From the sequence record OZ346221.1: a stretch of DNA of 45,229 bases, one strand, 5' to 3'. Under the pieces are notes generated by a model, which saw only the letters and a list, made by a program, of their open reading frames with translations, did no database searches and had not been told where the DNA came from. The translations under genes and the position numbers were made by a program. Source of the stretch: a phage. This document shows, piece by piece, positions 35,869 to 43,405 of this stretch; position 1 is the stretch's first letter; each line of letters begins with the position of its first letter.

Positions 35869-35897
35869 TTGACACCCCGCGGTTTTAGGTGTAGTTT
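35869..35897 (+). promoter_or_regulatory. rightward early promoter candidate
   Basis: TTGACA, 17-nt spacer, TAGTTT, then GGAG RBS before the 35929 ATG; inverted GGTGTCAAC / GTTGACACC copies flank the hub (approximate coordinates). Confidence 0.45.
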
Positions 35898-35928
35898 CGT
35901 TGGTCATTAACCAACCGGAGACAGAAAA

Positions 35929-36258
35929 ATGAATATTGACGACGCAATCGAAATGTTAACTAAGACTGTTTGCAGTGAGACAAGCCGGTCCTGGGCATAT
36001 ACCGATGCCGTGGGTGCGGTGCTATTTGAGATCGAACGTCTGCGACTTACCGAAAAAGAATTGCGCGCGAAGCTGGAATTACTCAACGGTACGGCAGCAA
36101 GCAAGCTGCAAAAGCACAATGAGGAAATGGAAGAATACAAAAAACAGGTTATCCGTTTGCGCGATGAGGGGAAGTCATGGGCAATGATCGCGGAGTTGAC
36201 AGGAATTAACCAAAGCACCGTGCGCTCTTGGGTACGCAATAACAAAACTTCGAAGTAA
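35929..36258 (+). CDS. HTH DNA-binding protein, putative early regulator
   Basis: 109 aa; coiled-coil middle and C-terminal helix-turn-helix-like GKSWAMIAELTGINQSTVRSWV. Confidence 0.5.
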   Translation: MNIDDAIEMLTKTVCSETSRSWAYTDAVGAVLFEIERLRLTEKELRAKLELLNGTAASKLQKHNEEMEEYKKQVIRLRDEGKSWAMIAELTGINQSTVRSWVRNNKTSK

Positions 36259-36268
36259 GGCAACGGCA

Positions 36269-38533
36269 ATGAGCTTAATTAAATTCGCTGTAACAAGACC
36301 CGCTAAAAAAGGCGAAAAAGCCAGGGCGGAAAACTTCCAGATGACAACTGATGAATTTTTCGAATTTATCAATGATGCGAAAGAAATATCATCAGTGCAT
36401 ATCAACAAGACCGAGGATAAAGCCGAGTATGCGCGCCGCAAGCGCAAGGCCGATGGCATCGTGGCATATACCAGTGACGGCCTACGCCGTAAGACCAGCG
36501 CGGTGGACCGCTCGATCCTGTTCTTTGATATCGACCGTACCGACACTCGCACCTTGCGCCGCTGCCGTAAGGCTTTCATCGATGCGGGGCTGGAGCACGT
36601 ATTCCATACAACAACCGGCGACCGCCACCCGCTGAAAGGCGGCACGCGTTGCGCACGTTTCCTTGTGCTCACAGACAAGCCCGTACCGGCGGAAGACCTG
36701 GGCCGCGTCCAGTACGCGCTGTTAGACCAACTGGGCCTGTCTGATGTGGACTTCGACGATTGCACCAAAGACACAAACCGCCTGATGTACCTACCACACC
36801 AGCAGTCTGTCATTAAGTGCCACTACGGAAAGCGCGCCAGTGTGCGTCGTCTGCTTCGCCGGGCTGACAGGCTGGGAGTGGAGAAAGAGGAAGTACGCCG
36901 CGAGCTTACCCAGGGCGACGACGCAGTGGCTGACGGCATTCTGGACTGGTGCTTCCAAGCAGGATTCGAGGAGTTATCCTCCGGTCGCGGTTATGAAGTG
37001 CCGTGCCCGAACGAACATCTGCACAGCGGCGAAGGGTCGACGGCTATTATAGTCAAGGATGGCGAGATCCGTTTCAAGTGTATGCACACCGGCAACGAGT
37101 GTTGCTCTGAGCTGAACAGACACCAGCACCTGGCGCTACGTCTTATCGGGATACCGGACCACCTGAACGTCGAGCCGCACAACATGTCACGTAAGCAAAT
37201 CGCCGCCATCCTCCCAGGGCTGGACGACGAGGAAGTCGAATCCTTATATGAACATATTGTTGATGCGGTTGGCGACGGCGAAGAATACGGCGTGTGCACC
37301 GATGCGGATCTGGATAACGAGCCGGTTGCGCTGTTCAGTAAGCACGACCCGATTATCGAGGGGTTGATTAACTTTAAATCGACCTGGTACATGGCGGGTG
37401 AGTCGAATATCGGTAAGTCTTTCTACGTGCTGGGCCAGATGGGCGCGGTTGCCGCGGGTATTCCGTTTGGTGGCGCGAAGGTCGTCCAGTCTCATTGCTT
37501 CTATTTCGACGCGGAAGGTGGCGAAGCCTCCAACCAGCGTAAAGAAGCATTGCAGATTAAATATGAGCACGACCTGGACAAGCTGCACATTATCGATCTG
37601 CAGTCACGCGGCTGGGATATCACCAGCAAATCGGGCTTGCGCGAAGTTATCAGCTTTATCAACCGCACCGCTAACGGCGAACCGGTTGGCCTGGTGGCGT
37701 TCGACTCACTAAACCAGACTGTTGCGTTGCGGTCCGCCGAGGCTAAACCGTTCGACGAGAACAACGCCAGCGATATGGGTGAAGTGGTCAAAGCGCTGAA
37801 GGCCATCGCGGAAAATACAGGTGGCAGTGCGGGCGTCATCCACCACCCGGCTAAAGGTGCAAACGGCAGCAGAACGCCACGCGGGTCCGGCGCGCTGCAT
37901 GGTGCTGTCGATTCTGCGTTCTTCCTGGAACAGCCGGACGACAACCAGCCCGGACAATTGAACCTGTATCACGAAAAGTCACGTAACGGCATCAAGCAAG
38001 CGCCGCGCGGCTTCGTCCTGCTCAAGTGCAAGGTGAAGGTGGATCTCCGCAAGTCAGAAGCGTTCGAGGCGCACCAGTCCACCAGCACCGGGCCAGACTT
38101 CGGCGACGTGGTTGCCGGATGGGACGTCAAGCCGATTGCCTCCACGCCACGCGACGAGACTCTCTACCTCGTACCGGTTGCCCTGGCACCGTTCGCTATT
38201 GAACAGGCGAAGGCGGCGGGCAAGGCCGCGGTTAAGGAAGAGAACACCGCCGGACCGCGCAACGAAAAAGAGAAAGTGCTTTATGCGGCACTGGAAAAAC
38301 TGATGGAAGATAACCCGTACCATACTGGATTCAGTAAATCGGCAATTGTCCGCCAGGCGGGACTCGCAAAAGGTGGCACTTCGACGAAGGCAATCGACGA
38401 TATGGTGGAGCGCGGGGTAATAGGTTTTTATACAGATCCGCACACCGGGGCCATCTATGGGTCTTCTAATTTGGTCATCAAATCGGATATCCCTATCACG
38501 CTTTCCGCGACCGATGACGATTTAAAAGATTAA
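36269..38533 (+). CDS. primase-helicase (zinc-binding primase-type N-terminal region, RecA-like ATPase, C-terminal winged-helix-like domain)
   Basis: 754 aa; Cys/His cluster CPNEHLHSGEG...CMHTGNECC; Walker A MAGESNIGKS; VAFDSLNQ; C-terminal GFSKSAIVRQAGL...AIDDMVERGVIGF. Confidence 0.75.
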   Translation: MSLIKFAVTRPAKKGEKARAENFQMTTDEFFEFINDAKEISSVHINKTEDKAEYARRKRKADGIVAYTSDGLRRKTSAVDRSILFFDIDRTDTRTLRRCRKAFIDAGLEHVFHTTTGDRHPLKGGTRCARFLVLTDKPVPAEDLGRVQYALLDQLGLSDVDFDDCTKDTNRLMYLPHQQSVIKCHYGKRASVRRLLRRADRLGVEKEEVRRELTQGDDAVADGILDWCFQAGFEELSSGRGYEVPCPNEHLHSGEGSTAIIVKDGEIRFKCMHTGNECCSELNRHQHLALRLIGIPDHLNVEPHNMSRKQIAAILPGLDDEEVESLYEHIVDAVGDGEEYGVCTDADLDNEPVALFSKHDPIIEGLINFKSTWYMAGESNIGKSFYVLGQMGAVAAGIPFGGAKVVQSHCFYFDAEGGEASNQRKEALQIKYEHDLDKLHIIDLQSRGWDITSKSGLREVISFINRTANGEPVGLVAFDSLNQTVALRSAEAKPFDENNASDMGEVVKALKAIAENTGGSAGVIHHPAKGANGSRTPRGSGALHGAVDSAFFLEQPDDNQPGQLNLYHEKSRNGIKQAPRGFVLLKCKVKVDLRKSEAFEAHQSTSTGPDFGDVVAGWDVKPIASTPRDETLYLVPVALAPFAIEQAKAAGKAAVKEENTAGPRNEKEKVLYAALEKLMEDNPYHTGFSKSAIVRQAGLAKGGTSTKAIDDMVERGVIGFYTDPHTGAIYGSSNLVIKSDIPITLSATDDDLKD

Positions 38534-38708
38534 ATTCTGCGCGCATTGGTTGCCGATATGGTAATTCCCATATCGGTGAATGATTAAATTTTGCGCGCAT
38601 TGGTTGCCATTTTGAGTGTTTTTACCTGGTCGTATTGGTTGCCGTGTAGTGTAAATATAGTGAATAGTTATGCAATAAAACTGCATAAAGTAAGCGGACA
38701 GAAAGCAC
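37229..38708 (+). repeat. tandem duplication unit, copy 1 (3' half of primase-helicase gene plus downstream non-coding DNA)
   Basis: Near-identical to 38709..40188 with scattered substitutions; unit about 1480 bp; junction next to GTAAGCGGACAGAAAGC (approximate coordinates). Confidence 0.8.
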
Positions 38709-40188
38709 GAGGAAGTCGAATCCTTATATGAACATATTGTTGATGCGGTTGGCGACGGCGAAGAATACGGCGTGTGCACCGATGCGGATCTGGATAACGA
38801 GCCGGTTGCGCTGTTCAGTAAGCACGACCCGATCATCGAGGGGTTGATTAACTTTAAATCGACCTGGTACATGGCGGGTGAGTCGAACATCGGTAAATCG
38901 TTCTACGTGCTGGGGCAGATGGGTGCGGTTGCCGCGGGTATCCCGTTTGGCGGTGCGAAGGTCGTCCAGTCCCATTGCTTCTATTTCGACGCGGAAGGTG
39001 GCGAAGCCTCCAACCAGCGTAAGGAAGCATTGCAGATCAAATACGAGCACGACCTGGACAAGCTGCACATTATTGACCTGCAATCACGCGGCTGGGATAT
39101 CACCAGCAAGTCGGGCTTGCGCGAAGTTATCAGCTTTATCAACCGCACCGCTAACGGCGAACCGGTTGGCCTGGTGGCGTTCGACTCACTCAACCAGACT
39201 GTTGCGCTGCGGTCCGCCGATGCTAAACCGTTCGACGAGAACAACGCCAGCGATATGGGCGAAGTGGTCAAGGCGCTGAAGGCCATTGCGGAAAATACAG
39301 GCGGCAGTGCGGGCGTCATCCACCACCCGGCTAAAGGTGCAAACGGCAGCAGAACGCCTCGCGGGTCCGGCGCGCTTCATGGTGCTGTCGATTCCGCGTT
39401 CTTCCTGGAACAACCGGACGACAACCAGCCCGGACAATTGAACCTGTATCACGAAAAGGCGCGTAACGGCATCAAGCAAGCGCCGCGCGGATTCGTCCTG
39501 CTTAAGTGCAAAGTTAAGGTAGATCTCCGCAAGTCCGAAGCGTTCGAAGCCCACCAGTCCACCAGCGCCGGGCCAGACTTCGGCGATGTGGTTGCCGGTT
39601 GGGACGTCAAGCCGATCGCATCCACGCCACGCGACGAGACTCTTTACCTCGTACCGGTCGCCCTGGCACCGTTCGCCATCGAACAGGCGAAGGCCGCTGG
39701 CAAAGCCGCAGTTAAGGAAGAAAACGCCGCCGTACCGCGCAACGAAAAAGAGAAAGTGCTTTATGCGGCACTGGAAAAACTGATGGAAGATAACCCGGAC
39801 CATACCGGATTCAGTAAATCGGCAATTGTCCGCCAGGCTGGGCTTGCGAAAGGTGGCACATCGACGAAGGCAATCGACGATATGGTCGAGCGCGGCGTGC
39901 TCGGTTTTTATACCGATCCGCACACCGGGGCCATCTACGGGTCGTCGAATATTGTCATTAAAACGAGTATACCCATCACGCTTTCTGCGACCGATGATGA
40001 TTTAAAAGATTAAATGTTGCGCGCATTGGTTGCCATTTCGAGTGTTTTTAGCTGGTCGCATTGGTTGCCGTGTAGTGTAAATATATTGAATAGTTATGCA
40101 ATAAAACTGCATAAACTAAGCGGGACAAAAAGCGGGACAAACAAGGGGCGGGACAAAGCGGGACAGCACCCCGTCCCGCCCCCGGATG
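38709..40188 (+). repeat. tandem duplication unit, copy 2
   Basis: Second copy of the 3' half of the primase-helicase gene, followed by the complete iteron element (approximate coordinates). Confidence 0.8.
38772..40013 (+). CDS. stand-alone paralogue of the primase-helicase C-terminal half (ATPase plus winged-helix-like domain)
   Basis: 413-aa ORF with GTG start and no obvious RBS; about ten amino-acid differences from the parent, most nucleotide differences synonymous; may be an untranslated remnant. Confidence 0.45.
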   Translation: MCTDADLDNEPVALFSKHDPIIEGLINFKSTWYMAGESNIGKSFYVLGQMGAVAAGIPFGGAKVVQSHCFYFDAEGGEASNQRKEALQIKYEHDLDKLHIIDLQSRGWDITSKSGLREVISFINRTANGEPVGLVAFDSLNQTVALRSADAKPFDENNASDMGEVVKALKAIAENTGGSAGVIHHPAKGANGSRTPRGSGALHGAVDSAFFLEQPDDNQPGQLNLYHEKARNGIKQAPRGFVLLKCKVKVDLRKSEAFEAHQSTSAGPDFGDVVAGWDVKPIASTPRDETLYLVPVALAPFAIEQAKAAGKAAVKEENAAVPRNEKEKVLYAALEKLMEDNPDHTGFSKSAIVRQAGLAKGGTSTKAIDDMVERGVLGFYTDPHTGAIYGSSNIVIKTSIPITLSATDDDLKD

Positions 40189-40276
40189 ACGCGGCCTGGC
40201 GGGGAGCGGGACAGCGGGACAGCACCCCAGTCTTTCAGACTAGACGGGGGTCAGTGGCCCCCCTCGTCTGAGACTG
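40113..40276. repeat. iteron element copy B (candidate replication origin)
   Basis: Six GCGGGACA-type repeats plus the same GC-rich hairpin as copy A; directly downstream of the primase-helicase region; followed by an AT-rich stretch with TGCGGNTTG repeats. Confidence 0.75.
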
Positions 40277-40435
40277 CATAAAATCCTGGATTGCAAAATA
40301 CACGGCAGCATGTTGCGGATTGCGGTCGTCGCGGAACTAGGCAACCAATGCGGGTTGTATTATGTTGAGTGAAAAATGCGGTTTGCAGTCTCAGCAGATA
40401 GCGATCAACTTTTTCATGCGCGTGATTAATATTGG

Positions 40436-40464
40436 TTGCATCCGGCCTGGCACCTTGCTATATT
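40436..40464 (+). promoter_or_regulatory. sigma70-like promoter with ATTGGTTGCA motifs, for the 40493 gene
   Basis: TTGCAT, 17-nt spacer, TATATT, then leader GGTTGCACACCAACATGAGGA before the ATG (approximate coordinates). Confidence 0.45.
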
Positions 40465-40492
40465 GGTTGCACACCAACATGAGGACTGAACA

Positions 40493-40798
40493 ATGAAAGC
40501 AATTATCTGGAATTACACCCTGGCCGTGGCAAAGCTGGAAGAAGCGAAAGCACTGAACGGCAACGTAGACCAGGCGCTGCAGATTGCGGTACTGGCGCAC
40601 CAATCAATTCGTGACGCGCTCTACCGCATGGACGCCAGCCTGGATGACCTGAAGCCGTTGCGTATGGCAATTCACGAATATGCCAAGGCATTTGCCCGTG
40701 AGCGCCTGGCGTATCGCTTCGGGATCGGTGAGACGGCAGTGACAAACGTCGCCCGGATTAAAGCCCAGCGCGAACTATTCGCCCAGCTTGCGAAATAA
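40493..40798 (+). CDS. hypothetical protein
   Basis: 101 aa with GAGGA RBS and the conserved promoter/leader element upstream. Confidence 0.5.
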   Translation: MKAIIWNYTLAVAKLEEAKALNGNVDQALQIAVLAHQSIRDALYRMDASLDDLKPLRMAIHEYAKAFARERLAYRFGIGETAVTNVARIKAQRELFAQLAK

Positions 40799-40807
40799 GG
40801 GGCCAAA

Positions 40808-41077
40808 ATGAGCCGTAGGCGCGCCAAACAGCTTTCGTGGCATATTCCCCTGCATTGCATACGAATATGGGCTGAGAATGCGGTTGAGGGTGAATCTGTA
40901 TTCTGGTGCTATCGCGACGACGTAAAGCCGTTGACGCAGACTCGCTACTTGCACCAGTTCGCAGCACAACACGATTTCAGGGTGCGGACCTCCTTGCAAC
41001 CAATGGGGATCCGTATTACATTACGCCGGAAGCCCGCCGTTGAGCGGGTAGGCAAACACTGGAGACTGAGCAAATGA
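40808..41077 (+). CDS. hypothetical protein
   Basis: 89 aa ORF closely following the previous gene. Confidence 0.45.
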   Translation: MSRRRAKQLSWHIPLHCIRIWAENAVEGESVFWCYRDDVKPLTQTRYLHQFAAQHDFRVRTSLQPMGIRITLRRKPAVERVGKHWRLSK

Positions 41078-41265
41078 AATTACTATTCCGCCGTAAAGCA
41101 GATGGCAAAATCCTGAGGCCAATACAGACCCTTGCGGCACACGTCCGCTTGCACCACGCCGCAAGCGATCGTGTCTGGTGGGCGAGTAAGGCAAAGCTGC
41201 CGGAGAAATACGATATTGTCACGCATGAGATAGTCAATCGCTTTGATGCCGTGACGGCAGCATGA
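41074..41265 (+). CDS. hypothetical protein
   Basis: 63 aa ORF with ATGA overlap onto the upstream gene. Confidence 0.4.
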   Translation: MKLLFRRKADGKILRPIQTLAAHVRLHHAASDRVWWASKAKLPEKYDIVTHEIVNRFDAVTAA

Positions 41266-41296
41266 ACGCCATTGACCCGCGCTCGGTGATTCTGAA

Positions 41297-41422
41297 ATGA
41301 GTGTGGCTATCCGTGATATGCTGATGCACAACCGCTTTGAGATAGGCGGTAGGGGCAATTCGATGCTATACGTCTTCGCGGTAGTCTGGCTAAATACCTA
41401 TGGGGCAGATTATGATTCATGA
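41297..41422 (+). CDS. small ORF (41 aa) in a chain of overlapping micro-ORFs
   Basis: Read by hand (MSVAIRDMLMHNRF...); joined to its neighbours by ATGA-type overlaps; too short for the ORF track. Confidence 0.2.
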   Translation: MSVAIRDMLMHNRFEIGGRGNSMLYVFAVVWLNTYGADYDS

Positions 41423-41513
41423 TGTGATTTATTGGTTTGGTTTGATCTGCGGGCTGTGCCTGCTTACCGCGGTGCTGTTTGGCATCCTGATGTTCGTCGT
41501 ATGGCCCGCATGA
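41412..41513 (+). CDS. 33-aa hydrophobic micropeptide candidate
   Basis: MIHDVIYWFGLICGLCLLTAVLFGILMFVVWPA read by hand, a single predicted TM helix; overlaps both neighbours. Confidence 0.25.
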   Translation: MIHDVIYWFGLICGLCLLTAVLFGILMFVVWPA

Positions 41514-41674
41514 CGTTCGAGGTATACAAGCGCCGTGGTATCACGGAGCACCCTACCAGGTTGCGCATGTGGTGGCTATGGTATCGGGATATGATAGGGG
41601 GCAGGATGTTCGAGGCCGTCCGATCGGAAGGGTGGGAATGGAAAGGCGTCGGTAAGTGGTCCATTTTCGATTAA
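41510..41674 (+). CDS. small hypothetical protein
   Basis: C-terminal part of the 41432..41674 ORF from ATG (MTFEVYKRRG...); ATGA overlap with the micropeptide ORF. Confidence 0.3.
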   Translation: MTFEVYKRRGITEHPTRLRMWWLWYRDMIGGRMFEAVRSEGWEWKGVGKWSIFD

Positions 41675-41690
41675 TTACGCAAGCGTGATA

Positions 41691-41726
41691 TAGTCCCAGT
41701 GAGCTAAAACTTACTGGGACTTTTTT
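41691..41726 (+). terminator. intrinsic terminator immediately upstream of the holin gene
   Basis: GTCCCAGT-(12-nt loop)-ACTGGGAC hairpin followed by TTTTTT, ending at the holin ATG (approximate coordinates). Confidence 0.55.
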
Positions 41727-42017
41727 ATGGATAAGCTAAACGAGTGGTTATTCGCCCTTGCGTGTCTTGCTGGTGGCTTCGTGGGCGCACGCATTCACGG
41801 CGAGGCAACGAAAGGGCCGTTGAACTTCGTTTTATATGTCGTAGTTGGCTTCCTGTGTGCCATATTTGGTGCGCCAGCTATTGCCGAGTGGTCTGGTTTG
41901 TCTGGCGAGCGCACTGTCGCCGGTTTGGGCTTCGTAACTGCCATCTTCTGGATGCCAATCGCCGACCGGATCCGGGAGACAATTGCGACGCTACACCTTC
42001 CGGGGGGCGCAAAATGA
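41727..42017 (+). CDS. holin candidate
   Basis: 96 aa with three predicted TM helices; first gene of the holin/antiholin/endolysin cluster. Confidence 0.55.
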   Translation: MDKLNEWLFALACLAGGFVGARIHGEATKGPLNFVLYVVVGFLCAIFGAPAIAEWSGLSGERTVAGLGFVTAIFWMPIADRIRETIATLHLPGGAK

Positions 42018-42259
42018 TTATCTCCGTCCTGTTGTTTGTTATCATAGGGGCTTCGTCCCTGTTTAACGTGTATGCGCCGTCCGTTCAGGATGGCTTCTTC
42101 GGTCGGGTGTTATATCTGCTAACAGCAATGACCTGTATTGTCGGGCTGTTGCAAACGGGAGACGTATCAGATACCACCTGGACCGCGTTAATCTGGCTGT
42201 TTGCATTGCGCACGCTGCGTAATGCTGTTTTGAATGGGGTAAAACATGCGATTCAGTGA
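42014..42259 (+). CDS. second holin/antiholin-like membrane protein
   Basis: 81 aa from internal ATG with GGGGG RBS and ATGA overlap; two to three predicted TM helices. Confidence 0.5.
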   Translation: MIISVLLFVIIGASSLFNVYAPSVQDGFFGRVLYLLTAMTCIVGLLQTGDVSDTTWTALIWLFALRTLRNAVLNGVKHAIQ

Positions 42260-42737
42260 TAACGGTCTACGATTTACGGCAGCATGGGAGGCTTTCAGCC
42301 CGGTGCCGTATTTCGCGACCAAGAAAGAGCAGGCCCGCGGCCTGTACACCTGGGGTTATGGGCACACTGGCACTACTCCGCCACGAAGCATTACCCGTGC
42401 GGAAGCACTGGAGCTACTCAAGCGCGATGTGGCATATGCCGAGAACTGGGTGAACAAGTACGCACACCCGAGCATCAATCAGGCGCAATTCGACGCGCTG
42501 GTGGACCTGGTAATCAATGCCGGTCCTGGTCCGATCATGCCGGACGACGTAGCCGGTGATTTCGACGATGCGATCCGCCGGGGCGACTGGGCAAAGGTGC
42601 GGGCTATACTGCCACAATTCCGCAAGCAAGGTGGGGAAGTGCTGAAGGGGTTAGTCCGTCGAGCAATCGGCAGGCAGGCGCTATTCGATGGTAAGCAGTG
42701 GGACGTTGCCGAGAAGATCGGACGTAACGCAGCATAA
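42246..42737 (+). CDS. endolysin (phage lysozyme-like)
   Basis: 163 aa; GLYTWGYGHTG and QAQFDALVDLVINAG resemble the T4/lambda-type lysozyme core; overlaps the preceding membrane-protein gene. Confidence 0.65.
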   Translation: MRFSDNGLRFTAAWEAFSPVPYFATKKEQARGLYTWGYGHTGTTPPRSITRAEALELLKRDVAYAENWVNKYAHPSINQAQFDALVDLVINAGPGPIMPDDVAGDFDDAIRRGDWAKVRAILPQFRKQGGEVLKGLVRRAIGRQALFDGKQWDVAEKIGRNAA

Positions 42738-42753
42738 TACGGGGTAACACAGT

Positions 42754-43167
42754 ATGTTAAAAAGTATTCTTGATCATAACGCCGACGCGCTCGCCGCGCT
42801 GGCTAAAACCGAAGACCCAGGCGCACGCGCTATTGTAGCGGATACGATCAGCCATGCGGGGGTATTCGACGCGAAGTTACCCAGCCCGCCGGAAAGTAAG
42901 CCGGTGACAAGTGCCACCGTAACTATCACACCGAAATCCGCCGCAGTTGGTGCAAAGGCCGCCGCTTCGGTTGCGGTACAGCCATCCGACGCAACTAACA
43001 AGGCAGGGAAGTGGGTGTCGTCGAATCCTGCCTGTGCGGAAATCGATCAGACTACCGGCAAAATCACACCCCAAACGGCAGGTAGCGCTCACATCTTTTG
43101 GGTGGCATCTGATGGAGGCGGGGCGATGGCGTCCGCCATCTTCACCGTAACGGGAGCAGAAGAATAA
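42754..43167 (+). CDS. Ig-like (Big_2-type) domain protein
   Basis: 137 aa; C-terminal beta-rich VTSATVTITPKSAAVG...GSAHIFWVASDGGGAMASAIFTVTG typical of bacterial Ig-like domains. Confidence 0.45.
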   Translation: MLKSILDHNADALAALAKTEDPGARAIVADTISHAGVFDAKLPSPPESKPVTSATVTITPKSAAVGAKAAASVAVQPSDATNKAGKWVSSNPACAEIDQTTGKITPQTAGSAHIFWVASDGGGAMASAIFTVTGAEE

Positions 43168-43175
43168 AACCACAA

Positions 43176-43200
43176 GCCCGGTTAATTCCGGGCTTTTTAT
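43176..43200 (+). terminator. intrinsic terminator after the lysis cluster
   Basis: AGCCCGG-TTAATT-CCGGGCT hairpin followed by TTTTAT (approximate coordinates). Confidence 0.6.
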
Positions 43201-43203
43201 TGC

Positions 43204-43233
43204 TTGACTTGCAACCAACATAGACGCCATACT
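43204..43233 (+). promoter_or_regulatory. promoter candidate with TGCAACCAA motif in the spacer
   Basis: TTGACT, 18-nt spacer beginning TGCAACCAAC, CATACT, then AAGAGGAG RBS (approximate coordinates). Confidence 0.4.
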
Positions 43234-43263
43234 GCGACCAATCAACAAGAGGAGTATTACACT

Positions 43264-43344
43264 ATGGCACGTAATGATATTTGGGTATTGGCAATCTGGT
43301 CCGCCGCAGCGTTTATCGGTATGGTTATTTGCGAATTGCTATAA
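43264..43344 (+). CDS. 26-aa hydrophobic microprotein candidate
   Basis: MARNDIWVLAIWSAAAFIGMVICELL read by hand; strong RBS AAGAGGAG at optimal spacing. Confidence 0.3.
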   Translation: MARNDIWVLAIWSAAAFIGMVICELL

Positions 43345-43405
43345 CCCGCCACAATATGGGCCGTGGTATATTGTCCTCGGTCCCATAATCTGGAAGTGAA
43401 TTAAT

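Noticed and set aside
40391-40603. 70-aa minus-strand ORF across the promoter and start of the 40493 gene
   Set aside because: It overlaps a plus-strand promoter, RBS and gene start and lacks its own RBS.
42754-43167. The Ig-like protein after the endolysin as a spanin
   Set aside because: It has no N-terminal TM helix or lipobox and no overlapping lipoprotein ORF; its beta-rich C-terminus fits an Ig-like domain.
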